DNA of 62,450 nucleotides, filler included. It is 5 parts of 5 records of this genome, joined end to end, with 100 filler letters (N's around TTAATTAATTAA, not from the genome) between each part and the next. Parts side by side here need not be neighbours in the genome. Positions count along the whole stretch, not along the records: positions 27,732 to 40,744 come from SRR31156797_13573; 4 more parts are not named here. One strand, written 5' to 3'. The position numbers and the translations under genes were made by a program. Position 1 is the stretch's first letter; every line of letters starts with the position of its first letter. The notes beneath the pieces were generated by a model that saw only the letters and a program-made list of their open reading frames with translations, was not told the origin of the DNA and ran no database searches. This document shows positions 29,126 to 38,400 of this stretch, in pieces.

Positions 29126-30337
29126 TTAAACCGTATCCAGACACTGTTCGGTAGCCTCCACGGATGCGGCCTTTCGCTTGAAAAGGCCTTCGAGCATCAG
29201 GGCAAGGGCACCGTCGCCCGTGACGTTACAAGCGGTACCGAAGCTGTCCTGGAGGGCGAAAACCGCCAGGAGCAGGGCAACGCCGGCCGGATCGAAATGG
29301 AGAACACCCACTACGATACCCAGGGAAGCCATGACAGTTCCGCCGGGCACACCGGGCGCTCCGATGGCAAAGATGCCGAAAAGAAGAATAAAAAGAACCA
29401 TGGTGCCAAAGGAGGGAAGCGACCCGTAGAGCATCATGGAGATGGTCATGGCGAAAAAGGTCTCGGTCAGAACCGACCCGCACAGGTGGATGGTCGCTCC
29501 CAAGGGAACCATGAACTCAACGGTCTCCTTGCTGAGCACCTTTGACTTGGAAGCGCACTCAAGTGAGACAGGCAGGGTGGCCGCGCTGGACATGGTGCCA
29601 ACGGCCGTCAGATAGGCCGGGGCATAGTGCCTGAACACGTCAAGGGGATTCTTTTTGGAGATGACACCGGCAATGGTATAAAGCACGGTCAACCAGATGA
29701 AATGCCCCGCAAGCACGATCACGATCACCTGGAGAAAGATCGGGAGCTGCTTGGTCAGACTGCCTTCATAGGCAAGCCCAGCAAAGGTGGTGGCAATAAA
29801 AAAAGGAAGCATGGGGATGATGATCCGCTCCACCACCTGCATCATGATCTTTTCCAGTTCGTCAAAAAGCCCCTCGAATCGTTCCGCCTTGGTCCAGATG
29901 ACGGCGATACCGGCAATGATCGCGGTGACCAGGGCCGTCATCACGGACATGATGGGGGGAATATTCAACTGAAAAACAGCTTCCGGCAATTCATGCAGTC
30001 CGGCCACACTGGTCTGGATGGACATGTGCGGAATGATCAAATAGCCTGCGACAGCGGCCATGGTTGCAGCGCCTGCCGCGGACAGATAGGCAAAGCCGAC
30101 CCCCGCCGCAAGCATCTTACTGGCATTTTGACCCAGCCGGGTAATGGCCGGTGCGATAAATGCGATGATAACCAGAGGAACACAATAAAAAATCAACTGA
30201 CCGAGAACATACTTAATTGAAACAATCACCTGCATGACGGCTTCATTCGCCATAAGTCCGATCACGGCACCTGCGACAATACCGCCGACCAGTTGAAGAA
30301 TAAGCCCAAATTCGCCTAATGTACCTTTTTTTGACAC
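29126..30337 (-). CDS. Dicarboxylate/amino acid:cation symporter (DAACS)
   Basis: TMSSAATLP, APGVPGG, DSFGTACNVTGD; GTG start after GGAGGA. Confidence 0.9.
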   Translation of the reverse strand: MSKKGTLGEFGLILQLVGGIVAGAVIGLMANEAVMQVIVSIKYVLGQLIFYCVPLVIIAFIAPAITRLGQNASKMLAAGVGFAYLSAAGAATMAAVAGYLIIPHMSIQTSVAGLHELPEAVFQLNIPPIMSVMTALVTAIIAGIAVIWTKAERFEGLFDELEKIMMQVVERIIIPMLPFFIATTFAGLAYEGSLTKQLPIFLQVIVIVLAGHFIWLTVLYTIAGVISKKNPLDVFRHYAPAYLTAVGTMSSAATLPVSLECASKSKVLSKETVEFMVPLGATIHLCGSVLTETFFAMTISMMLYGSLPSFGTMVLFILLFGIFAIGAPGVPGGTVMASLGIVVGVLHFDPAGVALLLAVFALQDSFGTACNVTGDGALALMLEGLFKRKAASVEATEQCLDTV

Positions 30338-30439
30338 ACCATCCTCCTGCTTCAGGGGCCGGACGCAAAAAACCCCGGCCACCCTTAATTTATTGAATCC
30401 TGACTAACTCACTTGATTAACGATTGATCCCCGGAAGAA

Positions 30440-30820
30440 TCATTTGACGGCGATCACCTCGATCTCCACCAATGCATCCTTGGGAAGGCGGGCAACTTCA
30501 ACACAGCTTCGCGCGGGAAAGGCGGTGTCAAAGAAAGTGGCATACACCTCGTTCACGGCACCAAAGTCTTCCATGTTTTTCAGGAAAACCGTGGTCTTAA
30601 AAATCTTGTCCATGGAGGAGCCGCCGGCTTCCAGGACCCGTTTAACATTCATCAGGGAGACCTCCGCCTGGGCGGCGGCGGTTTCCGGCATCTCTCCGGT
30701 GGCTGGATCAATGGGCAGCTGCCCGGAGGTAAAAATCATGCCGTTTGCTTCCGTGGCATGGGAATAGGGTCCAACTGCGCCAGGCGCCTCTTTGCTTGTA
30801 ATTGTATTGATCATTGTCAT
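30440..30820 (-). CDS. ridA: RidA enamine/imine deaminase
   Basis: GPYSHA, SGQLP, FPARSCVEVARLPKDALVEIE; exact start uncertain (30814-30826). Confidence 0.93.
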   Translation of the reverse strand: MTMINTITSKEAPGAVGPYSHATEANGMIFTSGQLPIDPATGEMPETAAAQAEVSLMNVKRVLEAGGSSMDKIFKTTVFLKNMEDFGAVNEVYATFFDTAFPARSCVEVARLPKDALVEIEVIAVK

Positions 30821-30916
30821 ACTCACATAAAAAAGTTATCTACAGCGACCGTTGCTGGGAACGATCGTATTCTCCTGGGCAGGATATCTATCGCAACCCC
30901 GCTTCAAATGCAATAG

Positions 30917-30957
30917 TTTTTTATCATTATAATATTTTTTTATCATGGTGATAAAAA
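30917..30957. promoter_or_regulatory. Candidate operator array (TGATAA/TTATCA) upstream of ridA
   Basis: TTTTATCA-TGG-TGATAAAA palindrome plus another TTATCA; similar block at 31653-31680. Confidence 0.55.
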
Positions 30958-30959
30958 TT

Positions 30960-31637
30960 CTATTCCCGGTTGGACTTCTGCAGATACCTGTAAACGGTCG
31001 CTTCGGACGCGACAAGCTTCTCAGCCACCACCCGCACGGTCCCCTTCAACAGAAAGGCGCCACGTGCGTTCAGGGTGGTTACGACCTCCTGCTTTTCAGC
31101 CGGGGTCATTCGTTCCGGCGGAACATCCGCCTCCTGAATCACCTCGCAAATCATATTTTCCGTCAGATCCTCGATGGAGAGGGGAAAATTCTCGGTCAGG
31201 GCCGGCTTCCCCTTGGGCTGGGCAAAGGACGCCCCCAGGGTTTTCAGCACACTGTCCAATGCATCCCGCGCCGTCAAAAGCGCCGACATATCAAGGTTCA
31301 GGCAGAGCATGCCGATCATCTCCCCTGCCCCGTTCCGGATAAAATAGGTGGCGGAATTCAAGGGAACCCCCTCGGCCGAGCGGGTGGTGTATCCCATAAC
31401 CCAATCCCTGCTTTCATGCTCCCGATCCTTATAAAACTGAAGGGCCAGATCCGTCAGGGGCGCCCCTTTTTTCCGTCCTGAGATGTGACCGTTCACAATG
31501 GCCACCACGGAACGCTCGTGGGAAGACACATCATGGAGCACCACCTCACATTTTTCACCCAAAAACGTACCGAGAAATTCAACCAGGGGAACATAGTGAT
31601 CGATTGTTAGACCTGTAGACGGGACAACCTGTGACAA
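30960..31637 (-). CDS. YheO/DauR-family regulator (PAS_6 + HTH_22)
   Basis: CEVVLHD, NGHISGRKKGAPLTDL, GAFLLKG, SEATVYRYL. Confidence 0.92.
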   Translation of the reverse strand: MSQVVPSTGLTIDHYVPLVEFLGTFLGEKCEVVLHDVSSHERSVVAIVNGHISGRKKGAPLTDLALQFYKDREHESRDWVMGYTTRSAEGVPLNSATYFIRNGAGEMIGMLCLNLDMSALLTARDALDSVLKTLGASFAQPKGKPALTENFPLSIEDLTENMICEVIQEADVPPERMTPAEKQEVVTTLNARGAFLLKGTVRVVAEKLVASEATVYRYLQKSNRE

Positions 31638-31875
31638 AACATCTCTCCTTTAATGATAAAAATTTATTATCGCAATAAAACATATTTTAAGAACAAATGC
31701 AACCGCCACAGCATCATTCCGGAAAACTTTGGGTTATATTTTAGTCACTTATTCCCCCGAAAGGCCGGAGTCCCCCTTCCCATGGGCGCCGGACCCTGCA
31801 AAAAACATTATCCAGGCCCATCTCTTTCTGATATATTTACCCCGTAAATCCCATATCAACCAAGGAGGTTATCCC

Positions 31876-32871
31876 ATGAACCATACAGAATTCAAAGCCC
31901 TTGTGATTGAAGAACCGTCCCCCAACGCCTTTACACGGACCGTCAAGAAAAAACCCCTCAATGATCTTCCCGCGGGCGATCTTCTCATCCGGGTCAGCTA
32001 TTCCTCCCTCAACTATAAGGATGCCCTCTCGGCCAGCGGCAACCGGGGGGTGACAAGGAACTTCCCCCACACCCCCGGAATCGATGCCGCAGGCGTTGTC
32101 GAACAGAGCGACACCCAGGCGTTCAGCAAGGGTGACCAGATGATCGTCACCAGCTACGACCTTGGCATGAACACTTCCGGCGGGTTTGGCCAGTATATCC
32201 GGGTGCCCTCCCAATGGGCGGTCAAACTGCCGCCGGGCCTGTCCCTCAAGGAAAGCATGATTTACGGCACGGCCGGATTTACGGCGGGGATGTCCGTGTC
32301 GGCCATTGTCGAAACCCTGACACCGGACCGGGGAGAGATCCTGGTGACCGGCGCCTCCGGAGGCGTTGGCTGCCTCAGCGTCGCCATCCTTGCCAAACTC
32401 GGATTTGATGTCGTTGCCGTCACCGGCAAACCCAAGGCCGCCGACTTCCTCAAAAATCTTGGCGCAAGCCGCACCATCACCCGTGAAGAGGCGACCGACA
32501 CCACGGGCAAACCCGTGCTCAAGGGCCAATGGGCCGGTGTGATCGACACGGTGGGCGGCGAGATGCTGGCAACGGCCATCAAATCCACACGTCCTTGGGG
32601 GGTGGTCACCTGCTGCGGCAATGTGGCCTCACCGGATCTTAACATCAACGTGTTTCCCTTTATTTTAAGGGGGGTCAAACTTGTGGGGATCGACTCCCAG
32701 AACTGCCCCATGGAACTTCGCCGCGCCATCTGGAACCGGCTTGCCGGCGAGTGGAAATGCGACCAGCTCCAGGACCTTTACCGGGAGATCTCCCTTGAAG
32801 ATCTCGATGCCGAAATCACCCGCATCCTGGGGGGAAAACAGAAAGGCAGGGTCCTGATCAACCTTGACTGA
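31876..32871 (+). CDS. YhdH/AcuI-family NADPH oxidoreductase
   Basis: YSSLNYKDAL, GTAGFTA, VTGASGGVG, PFILRGV; AGGAGG RBS. Confidence 0.92.
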   Translation: MNHTEFKALVIEEPSPNAFTRTVKKKPLNDLPAGDLLIRVSYSSLNYKDALSASGNRGVTRNFPHTPGIDAAGVVEQSDTQAFSKGDQMIVTSYDLGMNTSGGFGQYIRVPSQWAVKLPPGLSLKESMIYGTAGFTAGMSVSAIVETLTPDRGEILVTGASGGVGCLSVAILAKLGFDVVAVTGKPKAADFLKNLGASRTITREEATDTTGKPVLKGQWAGVIDTVGGEMLATAIKSTRPWGVVTCCGNVASPDLNINVFPFILRGVKLVGIDSQNCPMELRRAIWNRLAGEWKCDQLQDLYREISLEDLDAEITRILGGKQKGRVLINLD

Positions 32872-32913
32872 TCAAAAACAAACTCCGGGAATTCATCCGA
32901 CAAAAGGAAATAT

Positions 32914-33615
32914 ATGACAGCACCGATGTACAGCCGCTACGCAAAGGAATACGAAACCGCAATTACCGATAATATTTACAATGCCAACCTCGAGCGTCCA
33001 TCGTTGCTGTCAATGCTGCCGGACTTGAAAGGCAAATCCGTTCTCGATCTGGGGTGTGGTCCCGGCGTTTATGTCGATTACCTCTTGAATCAGGGGGCAA
33101 GGGTTACCGCCACGGACATTTCAAACGAAATGGTCAAAATTGTAACCCGTAAGTTCGGCGGCACCGTTCCGTGCTATGTCCAGGATTTCAGCAATGGGCT
33201 GCCGGATGAACATGACAGCAGTTTTGACTTGATCATCTGCCCCCTGGCCATTCATTACATTGAAGATCTTACCCGTCTATTTAAGGACGTCAGGCGGGTA
33301 CTCAAAGATACGGGCTTTTTTGTTTTCTCAACCCATCATCCAATGGTTGATTTCAAATCCTCTCCATCCGGTAATTATTTCAAGCGGGAACGGCTCACCC
33401 AGGAATGGAACACCATTGGCCGCCCAGTTCAGGTTCAATTCTACAGACGCTCTTTAACTGAACTGTTCCGCGCCATTTCCGCTTCCGGCATGTACGTTTC
33501 CGACCTTTATGAAGGAAAACCTGATGAGGAAACAAATAACATTTCACCTGAGACATATGAGCACTTATCAAAGAATCCGGTTTTCATTTTTCTCAAATGC
33601 CAAAAGAGATTGTAA
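32914..33615 (+). CDS. Class I SAM-dependent methyltransferase
   Basis: VLDLGCGPG and FVFSTHHP motifs. Confidence 0.9.
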   Translation: MTAPMYSRYAKEYETAITDNIYNANLERPSLLSMLPDLKGKSVLDLGCGPGVYVDYLLNQGARVTATDISNEMVKIVTRKFGGTVPCYVQDFSNGLPDEHDSSFDLIICPLAIHYIEDLTRLFKDVRRVLKDTGFFVFSTHHPMVDFKSSPSGNYFKRERLTQEWNTIGRPVQVQFYRRSLTELFRAISASGMYVSDLYEGKPDEETNNISPETYEHLSKNPVFIFLKCQKRL

Positions 33616-33677
33616 TGAAGGCGCTAAAACTAAAAGATATCATATAGTATAAAGCAAGGCTGATTCACAGAAATATT

Positions 33678-34139
33678 ATGAGTACAGGAATAATGATGAT
33701 TCGTAGTTTCCAGGAGCCTGACATGGGTCAGGTCCTTAAAATTTGGCTTGAGGCCTCAATAAAGGCCCATGATTTTATCGAAAAAGAATTCTGGAAGGCT
33801 AAAGTCACTGATATGCGTGAAGTTTATCTTCCTTCAGCTGAAACATATGTCTATGATGAAGAAGGCATAATAAAAGGTTTTATTTCCTTATACGAAAATA
33901 CGATAGCAGCCATTTTTGTCTCTCCGAGCGCCCAAGGCAAAGGGATCGGTAAACAGCTCATGAAAAAAGCCAAAAAAATTCGTCAGAATTTAAATCTTAC
34001 GGTTTACAAGGAAAATAGCAAGAGTATTGAATTTTACAAAAAGTGCGCCTTCAAAACACAAAAAGAGCAGATAGACGAACACACCGGGCATCCTGAATTG
34101 CTAATGAGATTCACCCAACAACAAGGCAAATCAACTTAA
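33678..34139 (+). CDS. GNAT N-acetyltransferase
   Basis: IWLEASIKAHDFI, QGKGIGKQL, FYKKCAF. Confidence 0.9.
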   Translation: MSTGIMMIRSFQEPDMGQVLKIWLEASIKAHDFIEKEFWKAKVTDMREVYLPSAETYVYDEEGIIKGFISLYENTIAAIFVSPSAQGKGIGKQLMKKAKKIRQNLNLTVYKENSKSIEFYKKCAFKTQKEQIDEHTGHPELLMRFTQQQGKST

Positions 34140-34201
34140 ATGAAAATTCACAACGCTCCATTTGCACCGGGGAAGCCTTCTGAATAATTGAAAGGGGCCT
34201 G

Positions 34202-34253
34202 ACGCAGCCTCCAGGTGGTGCGTGCCGCGCACCTGGCGGCTGCGTTGTTTTTT
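34202..34253 (+). terminator. Intrinsic terminator between convergent genes
   Basis: ACGCAGCC-CCAGGTG/CACCTGG-GGCTGCGT stem followed by TGTTTTTT. Confidence 0.75.
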
Positions 34254-34270
34254 ATGGCCCGTCAAAAGAA

Positions 34271-34678
34271 TTACTGAGGTGCAAGGGAGGGTGCAGGTGC
34301 GGCTTTGATAAACTGCCAGCTTACCACAGGGGTTTTCACCATCATGACCGAATCCTGATGGAATTTTGCGGCATAGGATCCGGCAAGCTTGATGACCTTT
34401 GGCATCTCATCCCGGTCAATCACAATGGTGACGATCTTTGAGCGCTCCGGTTTTCCCTTATAATAGCCGGTGGAATCCACCACATTGAATCCGTCAAAGG
34501 TCTTTGCGATCTCCTGCTCCAGAAACGATTGCCAGTCATGGAGGGAAACGGCACCGCCTTGGGGCATGGACAGGCCGAAGAACAACCTCACACTATAGAC
34601 ATCGGCTGAATACCCTTTCAGGGGGAAGCACACCAGTGCGATCAACATGGAAACGACTATAAGGCTTTTTTTACTCAT
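34271..34678 (-). CDS. DUF3574 family exported protein
   Basis: Signal peptide; RLFFGLS, FDGFNVVD, ERSK, FHQDSVM. Confidence 0.8.
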   Translation of the reverse strand: MSKKSLIVVSMLIALVCFPLKGYSADVYSVRLFFGLSMPQGGAVSLHDWQSFLEQEIAKTFDGFNVVDSTGYYKGKPERSKIVTIVIDRDEMPKVIKLAGSYAAKFHQDSVMMVKTPVVSWQFIKAAPAPSLAPQ

Positions 34679-35409
34679 TTTTGCTTTCCCCGCCAATTGA
34701 GGTAATGCACGATTTTAACCAGGGTATCACTCAGGTTTTTTGTGGCTTTTGCCAGGTTTCTGACAAATTGCTCCTCCGAGGGTTCATGGGAATCAATGAA
34801 ATCGGAAATGGTTTTGACGGCCATGAAAGGCTTCTGGAGAATCCAGGCGACCCAGGCGATGCCGGCGGCCTCCATCTCCTTGATTTCCGCCCCGTTTTTA
34901 TGGATCATTTCCATATCGGTGGGGGTGCAGTCCAGGGAGTTGCCCGTGGAGACAATGCCCTGTTTCAACGAGAGTTCTTTTACTAAATCCGGCATATCGA
35001 CGCAGGGGTATGATCCGATCCCATAGGCATCAAACCCCTTCAACGGGATGCGCCGGTCATGGAACTTCACGGTGTCACAGCTGACAACGGCATCCCCGAT
35101 TTCATGATCGGCTTTCCTGAACCCGCCGGCAGTGCCGGCATTGATGATAAGATCCGGATTAAATTTTTGAACGCCGACATAGGTGGCAAGGACCGCGGGC
35201 TGGGTGGCCACGTTATCCACACCAAACCGCTTGTCGATCCCGTTCAGGACCACCACGACCTTCAGATCCTCCACCTTTCCCGAATACGCCATCATGGGCA
35301 ATTTTTCATCAAAGACGTCTTCCTCTTTTTTCAGGTCCAATGCCTCAATGAATGGATGGGCCTCAGCCCCCATGGCGATCATGATCAAAATACACTTCAC
35401 AGGTTTCAC
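34675..35409 (-). CDS. MTA/SAH nucleosidase, plant MTN-like
   Basis: IAMGAEA, INAGTAGGF, FHDRRIP, STGNSLD, KEMEAA. Confidence 0.88.
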   Translation of the reverse strand: MKPVKCILIMIAMGAEAHPFIEALDLKKEEDVFDEKLPMMAYSGKVEDLKVVVVLNGIDKRFGVDNVATQPAVLATYVGVQKFNPDLIINAGTAGGFRKADHEIGDAVVSCDTVKFHDRRIPLKGFDAYGIGSYPCVDMPDLVKELSLKQGIVSTGNSLDCTPTDMEMIHKNGAEIKEMEAAGIAWVAWILQKPFMAVKTISDFIDSHEPSEEQFVRNLAKATKNLSDTLVKIVHYLNWRGKQK

Positions 35410-35480
35410 TACTATCCTCTTCTCAAAACAATTACTACTCCGTTCAAAACAGACTCATTTAAAAAAATATATTCGACGGT

Positions 35481-38400
35481 TTAATTCAAAATGTCACTAT
35501 ACACGTATTCAACCCTGTTCCTGCCCTTTTCCTTGGCCAGGTAAAGGCCCTGGTCGGCTCTCTTCACCAGGGAATCAAGGGTATCGGTGGCGACATATTG
35601 GGAGACACCGAAACTTACGGTCACATATCCGGCCGTGCCATGATCCCGGGCCATGATCCGCCTGCGCAGCTTTTCGGCCGTGGCCACCGCACCCGGTCCG
35701 TCCGCCCGCACCAGGACAAGGAATTCCTCCCCGCCCCATCGTCCGGCAACATCCACTCTGCGAATACTCTCCCTGAGGATGCCCGCAATATTGATCAGGA
35801 CTTCATCCCCCACGTCGTGGCCATACCGGTCATTGATTGATTTGAAATAGTCAATATCCAGCATGACAACGGCAATTTTATTATCAGACCGTTCACATTG
35901 GTTGATGGCAGCCTGGGTCTGGTCTTCGATATACCGCCGGTTAAAGAGCCCGGTGAGCTGGTCTGTGGTTGACAGGATTTCAAGTTCACGGTTCTTGGCA
36001 TTCAGTTCCTGGTTGATCTCGTGCAATTCCCGGGTTCTCTCGGTGACAAGGCACTCGAGATTCTGGTTCATCTGTTCCAGTTCCTGGTAGATGCGCGCAT
36101 TCTCAAGGGAGATCGCCGACTGGGAGGCGATGATACGTAACAATTCCATCCGTTCTTTTTTGAATGCATCCGACAATTGGGAATTTTCAAGGTACAGCAA
36201 CCCCACGAGCTCTTTCTGGCGAACAATGGGAACACAGCCGATGGATTTGGGGGCGTTGGCATTGATATATGGACATCGTCCGAATTGCTCATCCTTATTC
36301 CGGTCATTGAACACGACACTTTCACCGGCATTGATCACATACCGGACAATCGCCGGGGATAAATCCGCTGATTCATGGAAGGGAATATTGGTTTCGCCGG
36401 TGTCCATGGCGGGATGGTCCTTATTCACCTGGCGGCTGATCAAAAAGTCTTCGCCAAGTTTCAATATGAGGAGCCCCTTGGTGGCGCCGGCATTTTCAAC
36501 CGCCAGGTTCAGCAGCTCCACGGCCAGTTTATCCACCACAATGTGCTGTGAAATGGCCTGGGAGGCTTTTACGACCGAGCGTAAATCCATGATATCGGAG
36601 AATTGATCCGTGCTGAGGGAACAACTGGTGGCGGACTCCATGGACTGGACAATGACCGATTCTTCCTGAAGCGCCGGATAGTTTGCCTTGAGCCAGCTTA
36701 CTTTTCCCGCAGCCCCCCAGCGTTCATAAATCGCCATGGCCCGTTCCATGCAATAGCGAACCAGGTATTCTTTCCCAAGCTCCTCCCAGAAAAGACCGGC
36801 AAGCTCATCCGAAAGGGCCGCATCCAACAGAAAATCGGACGCTAACGCCGCTTCCCGGGCCTGGTCATAGAGATCCATGGCCAGAAAATACTGTTTTGTC
36901 AGCCTTGCCTTTTCAGCCTTGATCAAAAGATATTTATGACGGAAGTTCACCGGACAAAGTTCGGCCCATTCCTTAAACCGGGCCAGCAGCCGGTCAAAGG
37001 CTGTCATGGTTTCCTGTTGCTGTTTTTCATCGAGCTGTCTGAAGCCCATGGACAGGTGCAATGCCCCATACAGGCAGGAATCGATCTGGATGATTTGAGC
37101 CTGGACCGTGTCTTCAATAACGGACAGCCATTGGGATACTTTCTTCTGGGGCAGAATATCCCTTGCCAGCAAAGAGCTCCGAAGCATGGAATAGACCATG
37201 TGACCAAAAAAGAAGGGCGCCTCCCTGTAATGATCCAGGGTCCGTTGGGTGGAGAAATTCAGGTCATCCAGTGTCGTGAAATCCCGGGTCTCCCCCTTGA
37301 GGTGACGCAGGGGTTGAATCACGATCATCCCAAGCAATTTGACAATATCATTCATCCTGGCGCCATGGAGATATTGATGGCTTTGCCGGGCCTGTTCTTC
37401 CACCTGTTCCAGGGGAGCGCCGGACGCAAGCAAAACATGGGCAAGCTGCAGAAACACCCAGCCGGCATAGGGAGAACCGGATTCAAGGGAAAGCTTTGAG
37501 GCCTCGTGCCAATAGGTGTAACTGGTGTGAAGGGGTTCCAGCCAATGATTTATCCCCAGGGAAAAGACGTGGTAGGTATAATTCTTCAGGGCCGCGACCT
37601 GGTATTTATCCGCCATGCGGATGGCAAGACGCCCGATGGCATGCCCTTCCCGGTACGCGCCGCCGGAGCAGAGGATCGTGGCATAATTGATATACCCGAT
37701 GGAGGTCATGGGACAATTGCCCCGGGTCATTGAAAGCCGGGCACTGGTGGCCGCCACCGCCGCAAGCAATGGTCCCCGTCCCAGCAGATAGCCATCCGTG
37801 AATGCATCGAAAAACAATTCATGGGCCAGGGTAAGGTTTGGATCTTTTATTTCATCCTGGTGATACAGGGCTTCAAAATCCTTTTGGGCCAGTATTTTTT
37901 CAATCTTTTCATTTTCTTCACCAAATACCCGCAACAATCCGTCATCATCCCCGGGCAGATCATAGCCAAGCAATCCCAACGCCTGGTACTCAAGATCCAC
38001 GGCTTTCCGGTACAAACCCTGGTGGTGGTATTGTTTGGCCTGTATGTTGTACAGGGTGAGCTTTTCCCTGTTGGTCCGGGTTTTCGTGTGAATGAATTCG
38101 TAAAGGTCATCCGCCCTTCCAAAGGCGGAAACAAGATAACAGGCTTCCGCCAGTTCCAGGTGGAGTTCCATTGAAAGATCATGATCCCGGTCCCAGCAAT
38201 CGTCCTCAAGGATCTCGACAGCATAGGAAAGACAGGTTTCGGCAACACTGAACGCCGCTGTTTTTTTGGCTTTTTTCCCGGCCTTGAGATTTAACCGGAC
38301 CAGTGTTTCCTTTTCATAGCCACGGGCCATGGACCGCCCCTGGTTCAGATGTTCAACCGCGTCAAACAGCCGGTCATCGGCCCCCTTTTTCTCCATGGCC

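Noticed and set aside
31729-31875. N-terminal extensions given by the ORF track (also for arsR, pepD, gcvH-like, bdhA and the cytochrome)
   Set aside because: Downstream starts fit the RBS or promoter positions and family N-termini better
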